Sequence record: NC_042116.1
DNA: 64,000 bases
Strand: one strand, 5' to 3'
Shown: positions 37,177-45,920 of the stretch, piece by piece
Numbering within the stretch: the stretch's first letter is position 1
How the letters are laid out: each line of letters begins with the position of its first letter
Program-made: the position numbers and the translations under genes
The notes under the pieces: model-generated
Told to the model about the DNA's origin: nothing
What the model saw: the letters and a program-made list of their open reading frames with translations, nothing else
Database searches by the model: none

Positions 37177-37572
37177 ATGAAACGTAAAATTATAAAACTA
37201 AATAAATCTAAAATGACTTTTTGGGTTAAAAATATATTTTGGTATAAAGTAGTTCATCAAAATCGGATTTTTACTCAACAATCAAAATTACGACACAAAT
37301 ATGTTGAAGTACTTGATTATGACAATGCATTCCGTATGTTTGAAGGCTGTAATGTTATTTTCGTTCCTATTATTGTTAGCTCTAAAGTCAAGCGTTCACG
37401 AGTTAAAAATAAAGTTAATGCTTATCTTCATGTAAACAATATTACAAAATTTAATGAAATGTCAGGATTAAATAAATCCATTGATGACATTAATGTAGGT
37501 GAATTAGATAAAACTACCGGATTAAATCAATCCATTGATGACATTAATGTAGGTAAAAATGAGTCGCTATGA
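37177..37572 (+). CDS. hypothetical basic protein with C-terminal duplication
   Basis: GLN(K/Q)SIDDINVG repeated twice. Confidence 0.6.
   Translation: MKRKIIKLNKSKMTFWVKNIFWYKVVHQNRIFTQQSKLRHKYVEVLDYDNAFRMFEGCNVIFVPIIVSSKVKRSRVKNKVNAYLHVNNITKFNEMSGLNKSIDDINVGELDKTTGLNQSIDDINVGKNESL
37465..37554 (+). repeat. 36-bp direct repeat x2 (period 54)
   Basis: GGATTAAAT(A/C)AATCCATTGATGACATTAATGTAGGT at 37465 and 37519. Confidence 0.9.
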
Positions 37573-37882
37573 TGGTGAAATAAAGGCATGTCCATTCTGT
37601 GGACATGCCCCTTATAGAAGTAACTTGATTGATAGTTTACATCCTACTACTTTAAGTTGGATTAAATCACCATTTCTTGATATTAAAAATTTTGGTGAAG
37701 ACCAAAACTATACATATTCAATTATTTCTCCACTTCAATTTTTAACTGAAGAACAAATAACTGAACAGGGAAAATATTGGGAATTTAGTTGTCTTGAATC
37801 CGAGGGAGGTTGTGGTGTTGTTATGTGTGGCTTATCAGAATTAGATGTAATGAACAAGTGGAATAACAGAGTAGATAATTAA
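37559..37882 (+). CDS. Lar-like (restriction alleviation) zinc-ribbon protein
   Basis: IKACPFCG...C...GGCG...VMNKWNNR. Confidence 0.6.
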   Translation: MSRYDGEIKACPFCGHAPYRSNLIDSLHPTTLSWIKSPFLDIKNFGEDQNYTYSIISPLQFLTEEQITEQGKYWEFSCLESEGGCGVVMCGLSELDVMNKWNNRVDN

Positions 37883-37883
37883 T

Positions 37884-38087
37884 ATGAAACGAAAGTTGAT
37901 TTATAAAAATAAAAATAAAATATCATCCAAATTAAAATCTTCTAAAAAAGAAATTGTTATAATTTTTGATATAAATCGCATGAATGATGCTTTAACTTCA
38001 GATGTAATTCATATGAATAAAGAATTGTCACGTGATGAAAAGCGTAAATTTATAATTTCACATGGTAGTGATGAATTATCAACTTGA
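37884..38087 (+). CDS. small basic hypothetical protein
   Basis: 67-aa ORF. Confidence 0.5.
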   Translation: MKRKLIYKNKNKISSKLKSSKKEIVIIFDINRMNDALTSDVIHMNKELSRDEKRKFIISHGSDELST

Positions 38088-38112
38088 CATGTGAAAATTT
38101 ATATTATATAAT
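38084..38112 (+). promoter_or_regulatory. sigma70-type promoter for the RNA ligase
   Basis: TTGACA-N17-TATAAT, exact consensus. Confidence 0.8.
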
Positions 38113-38147
38113 TTCTCCCACATTAAATTGACTAAGAGAATAAAACC

Positions 38148-39401
38148 ATGCCAGAATTAATTAAAGATGGACGTAAATTAGTAACTATCCGTAAAATTAA
38201 TGCAATCAACCCGATTCCTGATGCTGATGTAATTGAGGTTGCAGCAGTTGATGGATGGAACGTTGTTGTTAAAAAAGGCGAATTCAATGTTGGTGATTAT
38301 TGTATTTTTTTCGAAATTGATTCATTTTTACCAGCAAGTGATACCCGTTTTGGATTTTTAGCTAAAAATGGAACCAAAACAGATGAGTTGGGTGTTGAAC
38401 GTATTCGCTTACGTACCATCAAGCTTCGTAAACAACTGTCACAAGGGTTAGCATTACCGTTAGATTCATTTATTAATGAGTTACAATTGATTGGTAATTT
38501 TGATCTAATTAGCACTGCAAATCAATATAATGCTGTGATGTATTCTCTTTTTGCAGAACTTGAAGAATCACGTGATGGAATTGAGCAGTACTTAAATGTT
38601 ACTAAGTATGAGCGGCCTGATGAGCGGCAAAATGGTGGAGCAAACCGTGTAAAAACTGCGGGTAACTTCCCATTTGTAATTCCAAAAACAGATGAAGACC
38701 GAATTCAAAACGTATTTGGAAAATTCAGTCAGACTATGAAAGGCGTACCGTTCCGTAAATCTCTCAAACTTGACGGTTCAAGCCAAACTATTGCGTACTT
38801 CAATAATCCAGATTTCTTTGTTGAAAAAGTAGATGAAGAAATTTGTGAATGGAATGAAGAAACACAAGAACTAACTGTGGTTGAAGTTAAACCATATCCG
38901 TTCCAATGGGAAAGTTCACAAGTGGTAGTATGTTCTCGTAATCTGGCGTTGAAGTTTGATGAAACCGCAGCATTTTGGAAAGCTGCATTGAAGGATGATA
39001 TTCCAGCACGTCTTAAAAAGTACTGTGAAGATCATGATCGTCAACTTGCCCTTCAGGGTGAATGTATGGGTCAGGGTATTCAAGGAAACCGTGAAGGGTT
39101 AACTGAACACGAATTCTTCTGTTTCCGAATTTGGGATGTAGATGCACAGAACTTTTTGGATGATGCAGAATTCTTTAACGTAACTAAAATTCTTGGAATC
39201 AGTGTTGTTCCTCAAGGTGATATTGTATACTTCTTTGATGTATACAGTACTATTCAGGAAGCACTTGATAGTGCAGAACATGCAAGTATTGTTCATCCAA
39301 TTGCGGAAGGTGATGTATATAAAAGTACTGAAAAAGTTGATGGTCAGACTATCCACTTTAAAGTAATTAATAATAAGTTTCTAATGAAATGTGAGGATTA
39401 A
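38148..39401 (+). CDS. ATP-dependent RNA ligase (DRB0094-type, N-terminal OB domain)
   Basis: RKLVTIRKI...IPDADVIE N-domain; KLDGSS (motif I), QGECMG, FRIWD, EGDVYK, FKVINNKFL. Confidence 0.9.
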   Translation: MPELIKDGRKLVTIRKINAINPIPDADVIEVAAVDGWNVVVKKGEFNVGDYCIFFEIDSFLPASDTRFGFLAKNGTKTDELGVERIRLRTIKLRKQLSQGLALPLDSFINELQLIGNFDLISTANQYNAVMYSLFAELEESRDGIEQYLNVTKYERPDERQNGGANRVKTAGNFPFVIPKTDEDRIQNVFGKFSQTMKGVPFRKSLKLDGSSQTIAYFNNPDFFVEKVDEEICEWNEETQELTVVEVKPYPFQWESSQVVVCSRNLALKFDETAAFWKAALKDDIPARLKKYCEDHDRQLALQGECMGQGIQGNREGLTEHEFFCFRIWDVDAQNFLDDAEFFNVTKILGISVVPQGDIVYFFDVYSTIQEALDSAEHASIVHPIAEGDVYKSTEKVDGQTIHFKVINNKFLMKCED

Positions 39402-39618
39402 TATGCCATCTTGTGCAACAATTATGGATGTATATAGTAGTGGTTATCCAAATTACTTTACTTATGGTATTTGTGTAGACAGTGCGTATTATGAAACAGG
39501 TGATACGTTCACCCTATTAAATAATAACGTTTGGATGAAATGTAGCACAAATATTGATAGTACTAAATTGGAAGAAATGATTATATTAGAACGTAGGATG
39601 TTTTCTATCCAATTTTAA
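39391..39618 (+). CDS. hypothetical protein
   Basis: 75-aa ORF after the ligase. Confidence 0.45.
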   Translation: MRINMPSCATIMDVYSSGYPNYFTYGICVDSAYYETGDTFTLLNNNVWMKCSTNIDSTKLEEMIILERRMFSIQF

Positions 39619-39628
39619 ACATTTGCAC

Positions 39629-39652
39629 AGCAGCTTTTTTAAGCTGCTTTTT
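39629..39652 (+). terminator. rho-independent terminator
   Basis: AGCAGCTT-TTTT-AAGCTGCT + T-tract. Confidence 0.75.
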
Positions 39653-39664
39653 AAGTAAAAAACT

Positions 39665-39693
39665 TGAAACGCCGCAAAAAATTGTGGTATAAT
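39665..39693 (+). promoter_or_regulatory. TGAAAC-N17-TATAAT extended -10 promoter
   Basis: TGAAAC GCCGCAAAAAATTGTGG TATAAT. Confidence 0.7.
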
Positions 39694-39853
39694 ATACGAC
39701 ATGGATAAGGTGCATATGTTAGCCTTACTGGAAAACAAACATAATCAACGTTTGGTTTTTTAATCCATTGAATTACCTAATTGGGAAGTACCTGATTAAT
39801 AAGAGTTAAGAAGTGAGTCAACAACAATTTAATCCATTTCTGAGGAAAATAAT

Positions 39854-41380
39854 ATGTCAGCATTTAAAAACGCAGTACAAAATAACAATACTACAGTTCA
39901 AAACAATCGTTCAAATACTGCTAATGGTGGTGCTTCATTGAAGAGTTCACTAAATCCATTGGTGGATCTATTCTTTATGATTGGTTCTTTGCGTAATAAA
40001 GATCTTGGTCAGTATAAAGCACAGTTCGACGCTGCTTATGCTGCAAACCCAACTTTAGCATTGCAAATGGTTCTTTGGGCACGAGATATTCGTGGTGGTG
40101 CTGGTGAACGTAATACCCCACGTGAACTATTGAAGTATTTGGAAGTTAAACATCCAGAAGATGTTTTGCGTGTAATTCCAGTACTTGCAGAGTTTGGTCG
40201 TTGGGATGATTTACTAATCTTTAAAACCAAAGCAGCAAAAGCTATTGCATATGAAAAGATTGATGAAGCGTTAAAATCTGGTAATGGTCTTTGTGCAAAA
40301 TGGATGCCACGCATCTATAAATTCAAAAAGAATGCACAGGGTGTTGTTAATATGAGTACTGTTTCTAACCAAAACCGTGCTGCTAATAACAAAATTGCAC
40401 GTGAACTAATGTCTGTAATGGAAATTAATGAACGCCAATACCGTAAATTACTTTCATCTATGAGCAACACCGTTGAACAAATGATGTGTGCAAATGAATG
40501 GGATGCGATTGATTATAACAAACTACCTTCAGTGGCTAGTTCTCGTTATCTACCAGCATTCATGAAACATGATGAAGGTCGTTACCGTGATTATTTAACT
40601 TCTCTTGAAAAAGGTGAAGGTAAGGTAAATGCAGCAACATTATTCCCATATGATGTATTGAAGAATCTAGTAACACGTTATGGTAGTCCAACTACTGAAC
40701 ATGTTCGTTTAGGTATTTCACAATGGGATGCATTGACTAATCTAATGGGTGATAATCGTATTCTACCAATGGTAGATACTTCTGGCTCAATGGGTGTTGG
40801 TATTGCTGGTAGTAATTTAACCGTACAAGACGTTGCAGTATCTCTTGGCTTGTATGTTAGTACTAAACAAACTGGTGCTTTCAAGGATATGTGGTTAAAT
40901 TTCAGTACTCGTCCTAAGTTAAAAGTACTACCACGTGGTGATATTAGTGTAAAAGCTTATGATTTGTATTGTAACCACAGTTCAGATTGGGATGGTAGTA
41001 CCAATGTTGAAGCTGCATTTGATCTAGTATTGAGTACAGCAGTGAAACAACAAGTTCCACAAGATGAGATGCCAAAAGTTCTAATGATCTTTAGTGATAT
41101 GGAATTTGATTCATCAGGTGGTCGTAATTGGAATAAAACTGCATTCCAAACGGCTAAAGAAAAGTTTGAACGTGCTGGTTATGAGTTACCAATGGTAGTA
41201 TTTTGGAACTTAAACGCACGTGCTAATAACAATCCAGTTCGTTTCGACCAAGCTGGAACAGCATTAATTAGTGGTTTCAGTCCTAACGTAATTCCTGCGA
41301 TTCTTAGTGGCAACGCTGTAGATCCAGTAAGTATTATGTTAGCTGCAATTGATTCACCACGTTATCGCGTATTGGGTTAA
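39854..41380 (+). CDS. TROVE/Ro60-related vWA protein (DUF2828-type)
   Basis: LVDLFF, WARDIRGGAGER, GRWDDL, AKWMPR, MVDTSGSM (MIDAS DxSxS), STNV, IFSDMEFD, VFWNL. Confidence 0.88.
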   Translation: MSAFKNAVQNNNTTVQNNRSNTANGGASLKSSLNPLVDLFFMIGSLRNKDLGQYKAQFDAAYAANPTLALQMVLWARDIRGGAGERNTPRELLKYLEVKHPEDVLRVIPVLAEFGRWDDLLIFKTKAAKAIAYEKIDEALKSGNGLCAKWMPRIYKFKKNAQGVVNMSTVSNQNRAANNKIARELMSVMEINERQYRKLLSSMSNTVEQMMCANEWDAIDYNKLPSVASSRYLPAFMKHDEGRYRDYLTSLEKGEGKVNAATLFPYDVLKNLVTRYGSPTTEHVRLGISQWDALTNLMGDNRILPMVDTSGSMGVGIAGSNLTVQDVAVSLGLYVSTKQTGAFKDMWLNFSTRPKLKVLPRGDISVKAYDLYCNHSSDWDGSTNVEAAFDLVLSTAVKQQVPQDEMPKVLMIFSDMEFDSSGGRNWNKTAFQTAKEKFERAGYELPMVVFWNLNARANNNPVRFDQAGTALISGFSPNVIPAILSGNAVDPVSIMLAAIDSPRYRVLG

Positions 41381-41388
41381 CCCCAAAC

Positions 41389-41416
41389 AAAAGCCTCACT
41401 TCGGTGAGGCTTTTTT
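41389..41416 (+). terminator. rho-independent terminator, UUCG loop
   Basis: AAAAGCCTCAC-TTCG-GTGAGGCTTTT. Confidence 0.92.
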
Positions 41417-41434
41417 ATTATAAGGATATAATTT

Positions 41435-41650
41435 ATGAACACGTTTGAAGAATGGAAAATGCATTTTACCTATCATTTTATTAAATTTCTTATTAGTATT
41501 GATACACCAGAAAAACACTGGTTCAGTACTATTCAAGGTGAAATTTCACCTTGGGAAGATGAAAAGGATTTAGAAAACCCAATGTTAGATTGGAAAACTA
41601 CTTCACCACAAGAAGCTGTTAGAGAAGCTTTTAGTTATTGGGAAGAATAA
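41435..41650 (+). CDS. hypothetical protein
   Basis: 71-aa ORF with AAGGA RBS. Confidence 0.6.
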   Translation: MNTFEEWKMHFTYHFIKFLISIDTPEKHWFSTIQGEISPWEDEKDLENPMLDWKTTSPQEAVREAFSYWEE

Positions 41651-41651
41651 T

Positions 41652-41792
41652 ATGAAATCTATTAGAAATAACTTATTTTGTTTTTTACTTATGTATAAAA
41701 CTTCTTTTGATTTAAATCCAATTTTAACATCAGCATCTACTGCAATTGTTATTTTATTTTTGTATTCAGTCGCAAAAATCTTCGGTTGGTAA
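41652..41792 (+). CDS. small membrane protein (46 aa)
   Basis: MKSIRNNLFCFLLM...AIVILFLYSVAKIFGW fills the gap. Confidence 0.5.
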   Translation: MKSIRNNLFCFLLMYKTSFDLNPILTSASTAIVILFLYSVAKIFGW

Positions 41793-41797
41793 AAACA

Positions 41798-41833
41798 TTG
41801 ACAACAGTGTAGTCGTATGCTACACTGTTGTCA
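41798..41833 (+). promoter_or_regulatory. sigma70 promoter covered by a perfect 14-bp inverted repeat
   Basis: TTGACA-N17-TACACT; TGACAACAGTGTAG (41799-812) / CTACACTGTTGTCA (41820-833). Confidence 0.75.
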
Positions 41834-41852
41834 TTATTAAATGAGGTGTATT

Positions 41853-42275
41853 ATGACTGAATATATTGAAATTCGAGGTTATTTGGATTATGATCCTGAC
41901 CGACAAAATATGAAAAATCGTACACAGTACTGGTGTGTATTGCAATTACCTAATGATTTAGTTCGATATTATCAATATTTTGTACGTAAAGAACACCATG
42001 TTGATATGCAAATGCCAGCATGGGGTGCACATGTAAGTATTATTCGTGGTGAAAAACCAGATGATAATCATATTCATTTATGGAAAAAATATCACAAACA
42101 AAAATTCACCATACGGTTTAATCCTTATATTGATCAAGTTAAAGATAAAAAACAAAGTGGTAGTTTTTATATTATAAATTTCGAGTCTCCTGAATTGATG
42201 AAAATTCGAGAAGAATTGGGATTATCTGTTCATAATGACTTTCACCTAACAATAGGAAGAACTTATTATGACTGA
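41853..42275 (+). CDS. 2H phosphoesterase superfamily protein
   Basis: Two Hx(S/T) motifs, AHVSII and FHLTIG, about 70 aa apart; start moved to ATG 41853 after GAGGTG. Confidence 0.8.
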   Translation: MTEYIEIRGYLDYDPDRQNMKNRTQYWCVLQLPNDLVRYYQYFVRKEHHVDMQMPAWGAHVSIIRGEKPDDNHIHLWKKYHKQKFTIRFNPYIDQVKDKKQSGSFYIINFESPELMKIREELGLSVHNDFHLTIGRTYYD

Positions 42276-42846
42276 TATAAAATATAAAATTAGAAATAAA
42301 TTCACTGGTCAATACATACATACTATTGTATTGACTGGTGATGTGCCATCTAATATTGGTGATGTGTCATCTAATATTGGTAAAGTGTTTGATTCGTATA
42401 TAGATGCTTATAATTTTTTACATGAATGCCAGAATTTATTTTTTGAAGTAGATAGATACCTTGATATTTCTGATTATAGTATTGATGAATTTCATTTTAT
42501 ATTATACAATTTTAGAAATGTTGAAAATAACATTGAAAATATCATTATGAATGAACCTGATAATTCTGATAATGTTAAAAAATTAAGGGCTATTTTAAAT
42601 CAATGTGTTAATAATGGATTTTTTTGTATAACCAAAAGGTTTTTAGATTTTATCTTGACATATGATAAATATCAGCCTATACTTATAGAAATAGTACCTA
42701 ATCATATACTTTACAGTGTTGATGATTTCATTAATGTTGGTATTAAAACATGTGATCTTAATATTTTAGGTTCAATTTCCTTGACAGCGACGACCGAACA
42801 GCTTAAAATGCACAATATAGAACAAATTTTTAAAGATCGGTCATAA
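42268..42846 (+). CDS. hypothetical protein
   Basis: 192 aa; contains a 21-bp tandem duplication (GDVPSNI/GDVSSNI). Confidence 0.6.
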   Translation: MTDIKYKIRNKFTGQYIHTIVLTGDVPSNIGDVSSNIGKVFDSYIDAYNFLHECQNLFFEVDRYLDISDYSIDEFHFILYNFRNVENNIENIIMNEPDNSDNVKKLRAILNQCVNNGFFCITKRFLDFILTYDKYQPILIEIVPNHILYSVDDFINVGIKTCDLNILGSISLTATTEQLKMHNIEQIFKDRS

Positions 42847-42850
42847 CAAG

Positions 42851-42960
42851 TTTTCTAAGTAGTACTTGTACTATTGTAGAAAGTCCAAAGCGACTTTGTG
42901 CAGATAAGGCGTTGGACACCCAAAATGTTTCCTTATTATGCATGAGTCGTACAAAATGTA
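42851..42960 (+). promoter_or_regulatory. structured 5' leader with potential pseudoknot upstream of the lysin
   Basis: GTCCAA/TTGGAC crosses CGACT/AGTCG, TGCA/TGCA and ATAAGG/CCTTAT stems. Confidence 0.4.
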
Positions 42961-42975
42961 TATTAAGGAGGAATT

Positions 42976-43911
42976 TTGTATAAAGCGATACAAGAACTCA
43001 AGACTCGTGCTGGACATATTAAATATGTTTTAGTAGGTTTTATGTTGCTTGCCGCTGCATTTGGATTTATTGGTTTTAACTCACATGATCGTACTACATC
43101 ATTAGTTTCGGAAGAAGCAGTAGTGCAACAATATGAACCACAAGTTACAATTCAAAAGCAACCGCCAGTTATTATTCAAATTGAAGAACCAACTGCAAGC
43201 AGAGAGCAATACAAAGTACTAAATGGTGATAGTTTATGGACTATCTCATCAAAGATTAAGCCACAAAATGTAGAACTTAACGACTATGTTACAGTACTTA
43301 AGAGGATTAATTCGGATGTAACCTTACATCCTGGTACAATGTTTGAAATCCCAACAGCAGATGATTTAAGGGATGTAGAACTTCCTGAAATTGAAGTAAA
43401 ATTCAATACACAGGACGATTTAATTATTACGCACCTTAAAAAATCTGAAGGAACAAGTGAATCCCAAGCTGTATTAAAGCGGCGTTTACTTGGCGGTAAA
43501 GTTGGACCATCTTTTAAAAATGGTAAATTCTATCCATACCGTGATAGTACTGGTCATTTTACGATTGGTTATGGTCATTATCTTGGAAAGAGTGATAGTG
43601 CTGCAATGAAGTACAAAAATGGCATCACTAAGCGTCAAGCTCACGATATGTTAATAATGGATATGGAAAGAACTATGGATGATTTCGTCCTGTTATTACA
43701 ACGTAAACGTGCAGTAGATTTAACTGTTGAGCAACAACGTATACTTTATGAAATGGCATATACTATGGGATGCGATAAATTAGCACGTTTTAATAAAATG
43801 TGGAAAAGTGTAGAACATAGTAATCCTCATAAATTCAAAAAAGAAATTAAAAGCTCACTATGGTATAGTCAGGTCGGAAATCGGGCTGAAATATTATTGA
43901 GTAGCATTTAA
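42976..43911 (+). CDS. membrane-anchored LysM + T4-lysozyme-like muramidase
   Basis: TTG start after AAGGAGG; N-terminal TM; YKVLNGDSLWTIS LysM; SEG...YPYRDSTGHFTIGYGH; WYSQVGNRA. Confidence 0.85.
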   Translation: MYKAIQELKTRAGHIKYVLVGFMLLAAAFGFIGFNSHDRTTSLVSEEAVVQQYEPQVTIQKQPPVIIQIEEPTASREQYKVLNGDSLWTISSKIKPQNVELNDYVTVLKRINSDVTLHPGTMFEIPTADDLRDVELPEIEVKFNTQDDLIITHLKKSEGTSESQAVLKRRLLGGKVGPSFKNGKFYPYRDSTGHFTIGYGHYLGKSDSAAMKYKNGITKRQAHDMLIMDMERTMDDFVLLLQRKRAVDLTVEQQRILYEMAYTMGCDKLARFNKMWKSVEHSNPHKFKKEIKSSLWYSQVGNRAEILLSSI

Positions 43912-43930
43912 TATAAAAAGGAGTACTTTT

Positions 43931-44278
43931 ATGATTAATCATACAATAGCATATAATGATCGTATTGGAGTATCTGAAGAACTTGAATTCCATACTTTTG
44001 ATGAATTTGAAAAATTGGAAAAATTTATTGGGGAAACACCAGTAGATTTCCGAACTTCATATTCAAAAGACGGTTCACAGTTTAAAGTACATTCTCATGG
44101 TCATTATGATGGGGTTGATTATACTGCAACTGCTTCAAGTGATGATATGTATAAAAGTATTGATCTTTTAGTTGAAAAACTAGAAGCCCAACTACGGAAA
44201 GAAAAAGGTAAGCGAACTAATATTGATCGCGATACTTCAGTACTAGAATCAGTTAATGATGAAGAAATTGAAGAATAA
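43931..44278 (+). CDS. ribosome hibernation promoting factor (HPF/RaiA)-like protein
   Basis: FKVHSHGH...YTATASSDDMYKSIDLLVEKLEAQLRKEKGK. Confidence 0.8.
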   Translation: MINHTIAYNDRIGVSEELEFHTFDEFEKLEKFIGETPVDFRTSYSKDGSQFKVHSHGHYDGVDYTATASSDDMYKSIDLLVEKLEAQLRKEKGKRTNIDRDTSVLESVNDEEIEE

Positions 44279-44282
44279 TACC

Positions 44283-44311
44283 TTGACGGCACAGTGTTAG
44301 TGTGTTACATT
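44283..44311 (+). promoter_or_regulatory. sigma70-type promoter
   Basis: TTGACG-N17-TACATT. Confidence 0.6.
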
Positions 44312-44313
44312 AT

Positions 44314-44341
44314 AGGACAGGCAGAGATGCTTGTCCTTTTT
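44314..44341 (+). terminator. rho-independent terminator
   Basis: AGGACAGGCA-GAGA-TGCTTGTCCT + T-tract. Confidence 0.75.
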
Positions 44342-44360
44342 AATTTTAAATGAGGTTATT

Positions 44361-44741
44361 ATGAGTGAATCTATTCGTTTTATTGATATGATAGTTTTTA
44401 AAGATTTGCATTCTAATAAAGAATATGTTGAACGTAATTCATATGTTGCAGAATTACATGTTCCATTTTCTCAATTAAGATCCAATTTTAGTGGTGATAT
44501 TGAATTATATACTGTTCTTTCTAATATTCTGAAAAGATGTGGTAAGCAATCAAATCAACTATCAAAAAATTTGGCAATGTTTGATGAATATATGGGTTGG
44601 GATGACAATTCTCAACGGTGGTCACATAACGGTAACCACTTATCTAGTATTTTAAAAAAGAACATGAATAAACGCCGTGAATTAAAAAACAGTTTTTGGG
44701 GCAATTTAATTGCGAATGATATCTTAGAAGGTACAAAATGA
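44361..44741 (+). CDS. hypothetical protein
   Basis: Start moved to ATG 44361 after GAGG. Confidence 0.65.
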   Translation: MSESIRFIDMIVFKDLHSNKEYVERNSYVAELHVPFSQLRSNFSGDIELYTVLSNILKRCGKQSNQLSKNLAMFDEYMGWDDNSQRWSHNGNHLSSILKKNMNKRRELKNSFWGNLIANDILEGTK

Positions 44742-45850
44742 AAAAATATATTGTTGGTGGATTTGTTCGTGACAAGCTTCTTGGTCTTCAACCAAAAGAT
44801 AAAGATTATGTTCTTGTTGGTGCTAAACCAAAAGACATTGAATATTTAACTGGAATTGGATATAAACAAGTAGGTGCAGATTTTCCTGTATTCTTGTCAC
44901 CAGATGGTGATGAATATGCACTGGCACGAATTGAGCGTAAAACTGGTACTGGATATGATGGTTTCACCGTACAAACACAAGGTGTAACTCTTGAACAAGA
45001 CTTATACCGCCGCGACCTTACTATTAATGCTATTGCATGGGACCCAATTACTAAAACTCATGTTGACCCATATAATGGTAAAGTTGATTTACAAAATAAA
45101 GTACTTAAACATGTATCAGAAGCCTTTAAAGAAGATCCTTTGCGTGTTTTACGTTTAGCACGATTTGCTGCACGATACTCAACCTTTACTATTCATGCTG
45201 ATACTAATTCTATGGTAAAGGAAATGGTTAAAAATGGTGAAATTAACCATTTGACCAAAGAACGAGTTTATATTGAATTTGAAAAGGCATTTTCTGAAGA
45301 TAAGCCAAGCATTTTTTTAAAATATTTAAAAGATATTGGGGCATTGAAAGTTTTACTTCCTACATTTGAAGCAACAAATAAGGAATTGGAGCTTATTGAT
45401 AGTATTGCTAATAGCAGTACTAAATCTTATCGCGAAGAGTTCATTTGGTCTATTATTTTGACTAAAGCTACTCCAACTAAGGATTATGTTGTTGATGGAA
45501 TTAAACTTCCAGCACGATTTGTAAAATTTAGTAATTTTGTTAAATTGCATTCTGAAAATTTAATTAAATTCAGGAAGAAAAAGCCAGAAGGTATGGTTGA
45601 ACTCTTCAGTGCAATGAATGTCAAAAACAATGGCGGTGAAGAATTTTTGTATAAAGTTGTTGAGTACTTTATTATTCGTCGGGAAATTGATATTGAATTA
45701 GAAGAATTAATCATGAAAGTATATGATAAGTTTTATGACGCACCAGTTGGTAACATTGAAGAAATGGTAAAATCTGGTGAACTTGAAGCTTCTAAAATTC
45801 GTGAGCATATTAAGACAATTCAAGTTTCAGAAATTAAAAAAATGTTCTAA
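44738..45850 (+). CDS. cca: tRNA nucleotidyltransferase (CCA-adding enzyme, class II)
   Basis: VGGFVRDKLLG..KDKDY, EYALARIERK, DLYRRDLTINA, EDPLRVLRLARFAAR. Confidence 0.95.
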   Translation: MKKYIVGGFVRDKLLGLQPKDKDYVLVGAKPKDIEYLTGIGYKQVGADFPVFLSPDGDEYALARIERKTGTGYDGFTVQTQGVTLEQDLYRRDLTINAIAWDPITKTHVDPYNGKVDLQNKVLKHVSEAFKEDPLRVLRLARFAARYSTFTIHADTNSMVKEMVKNGEINHLTKERVYIEFEKAFSEDKPSIFLKYLKDIGALKVLLPTFEATNKELELIDSIANSSTKSYREEFIWSIILTKATPTKDYVVDGIKLPARFVKFSNFVKLHSENLIKFRKKKPEGMVELFSAMNVKNNGGEEFLYKVVEYFIIRREIDIELEELIMKVYDKFYDAPVGNIEEMVKSGELEASKIREHIKTIQVSEIKKMF

Positions 45851-45858
45851 CAAAAAAT

Positions 45859-45887
45859 TGGAACGATTGAAAAAAATATGGTATATT
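45859..45887 (+). promoter_or_regulatory. TGGAAC-N17-TATATT extended -10 promoter
   Basis: TGGAAC GATTGAAAAAAATATGG TATATT; variant of the phage class. Confidence 0.65.
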
Positions 45888-45920
45888 ATAAGTATCTGAT
45901 AATTTTAGTGAGAAGTTATT

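Noticed and set aside
37465-37554. 36-bp direct repeat pair resembling a mini CRISPR array
   Set aside because: Only two copies, an 18-bp spacer, in-frame (period 54) inside a coding sequence, and no cas genes; this is a simple intragenic duplication.
42337-42378. 21-bp tandem duplication
   Set aside because: In-frame 7-aa duplication inside ORF 42268, with no sign of a larger repeat system.
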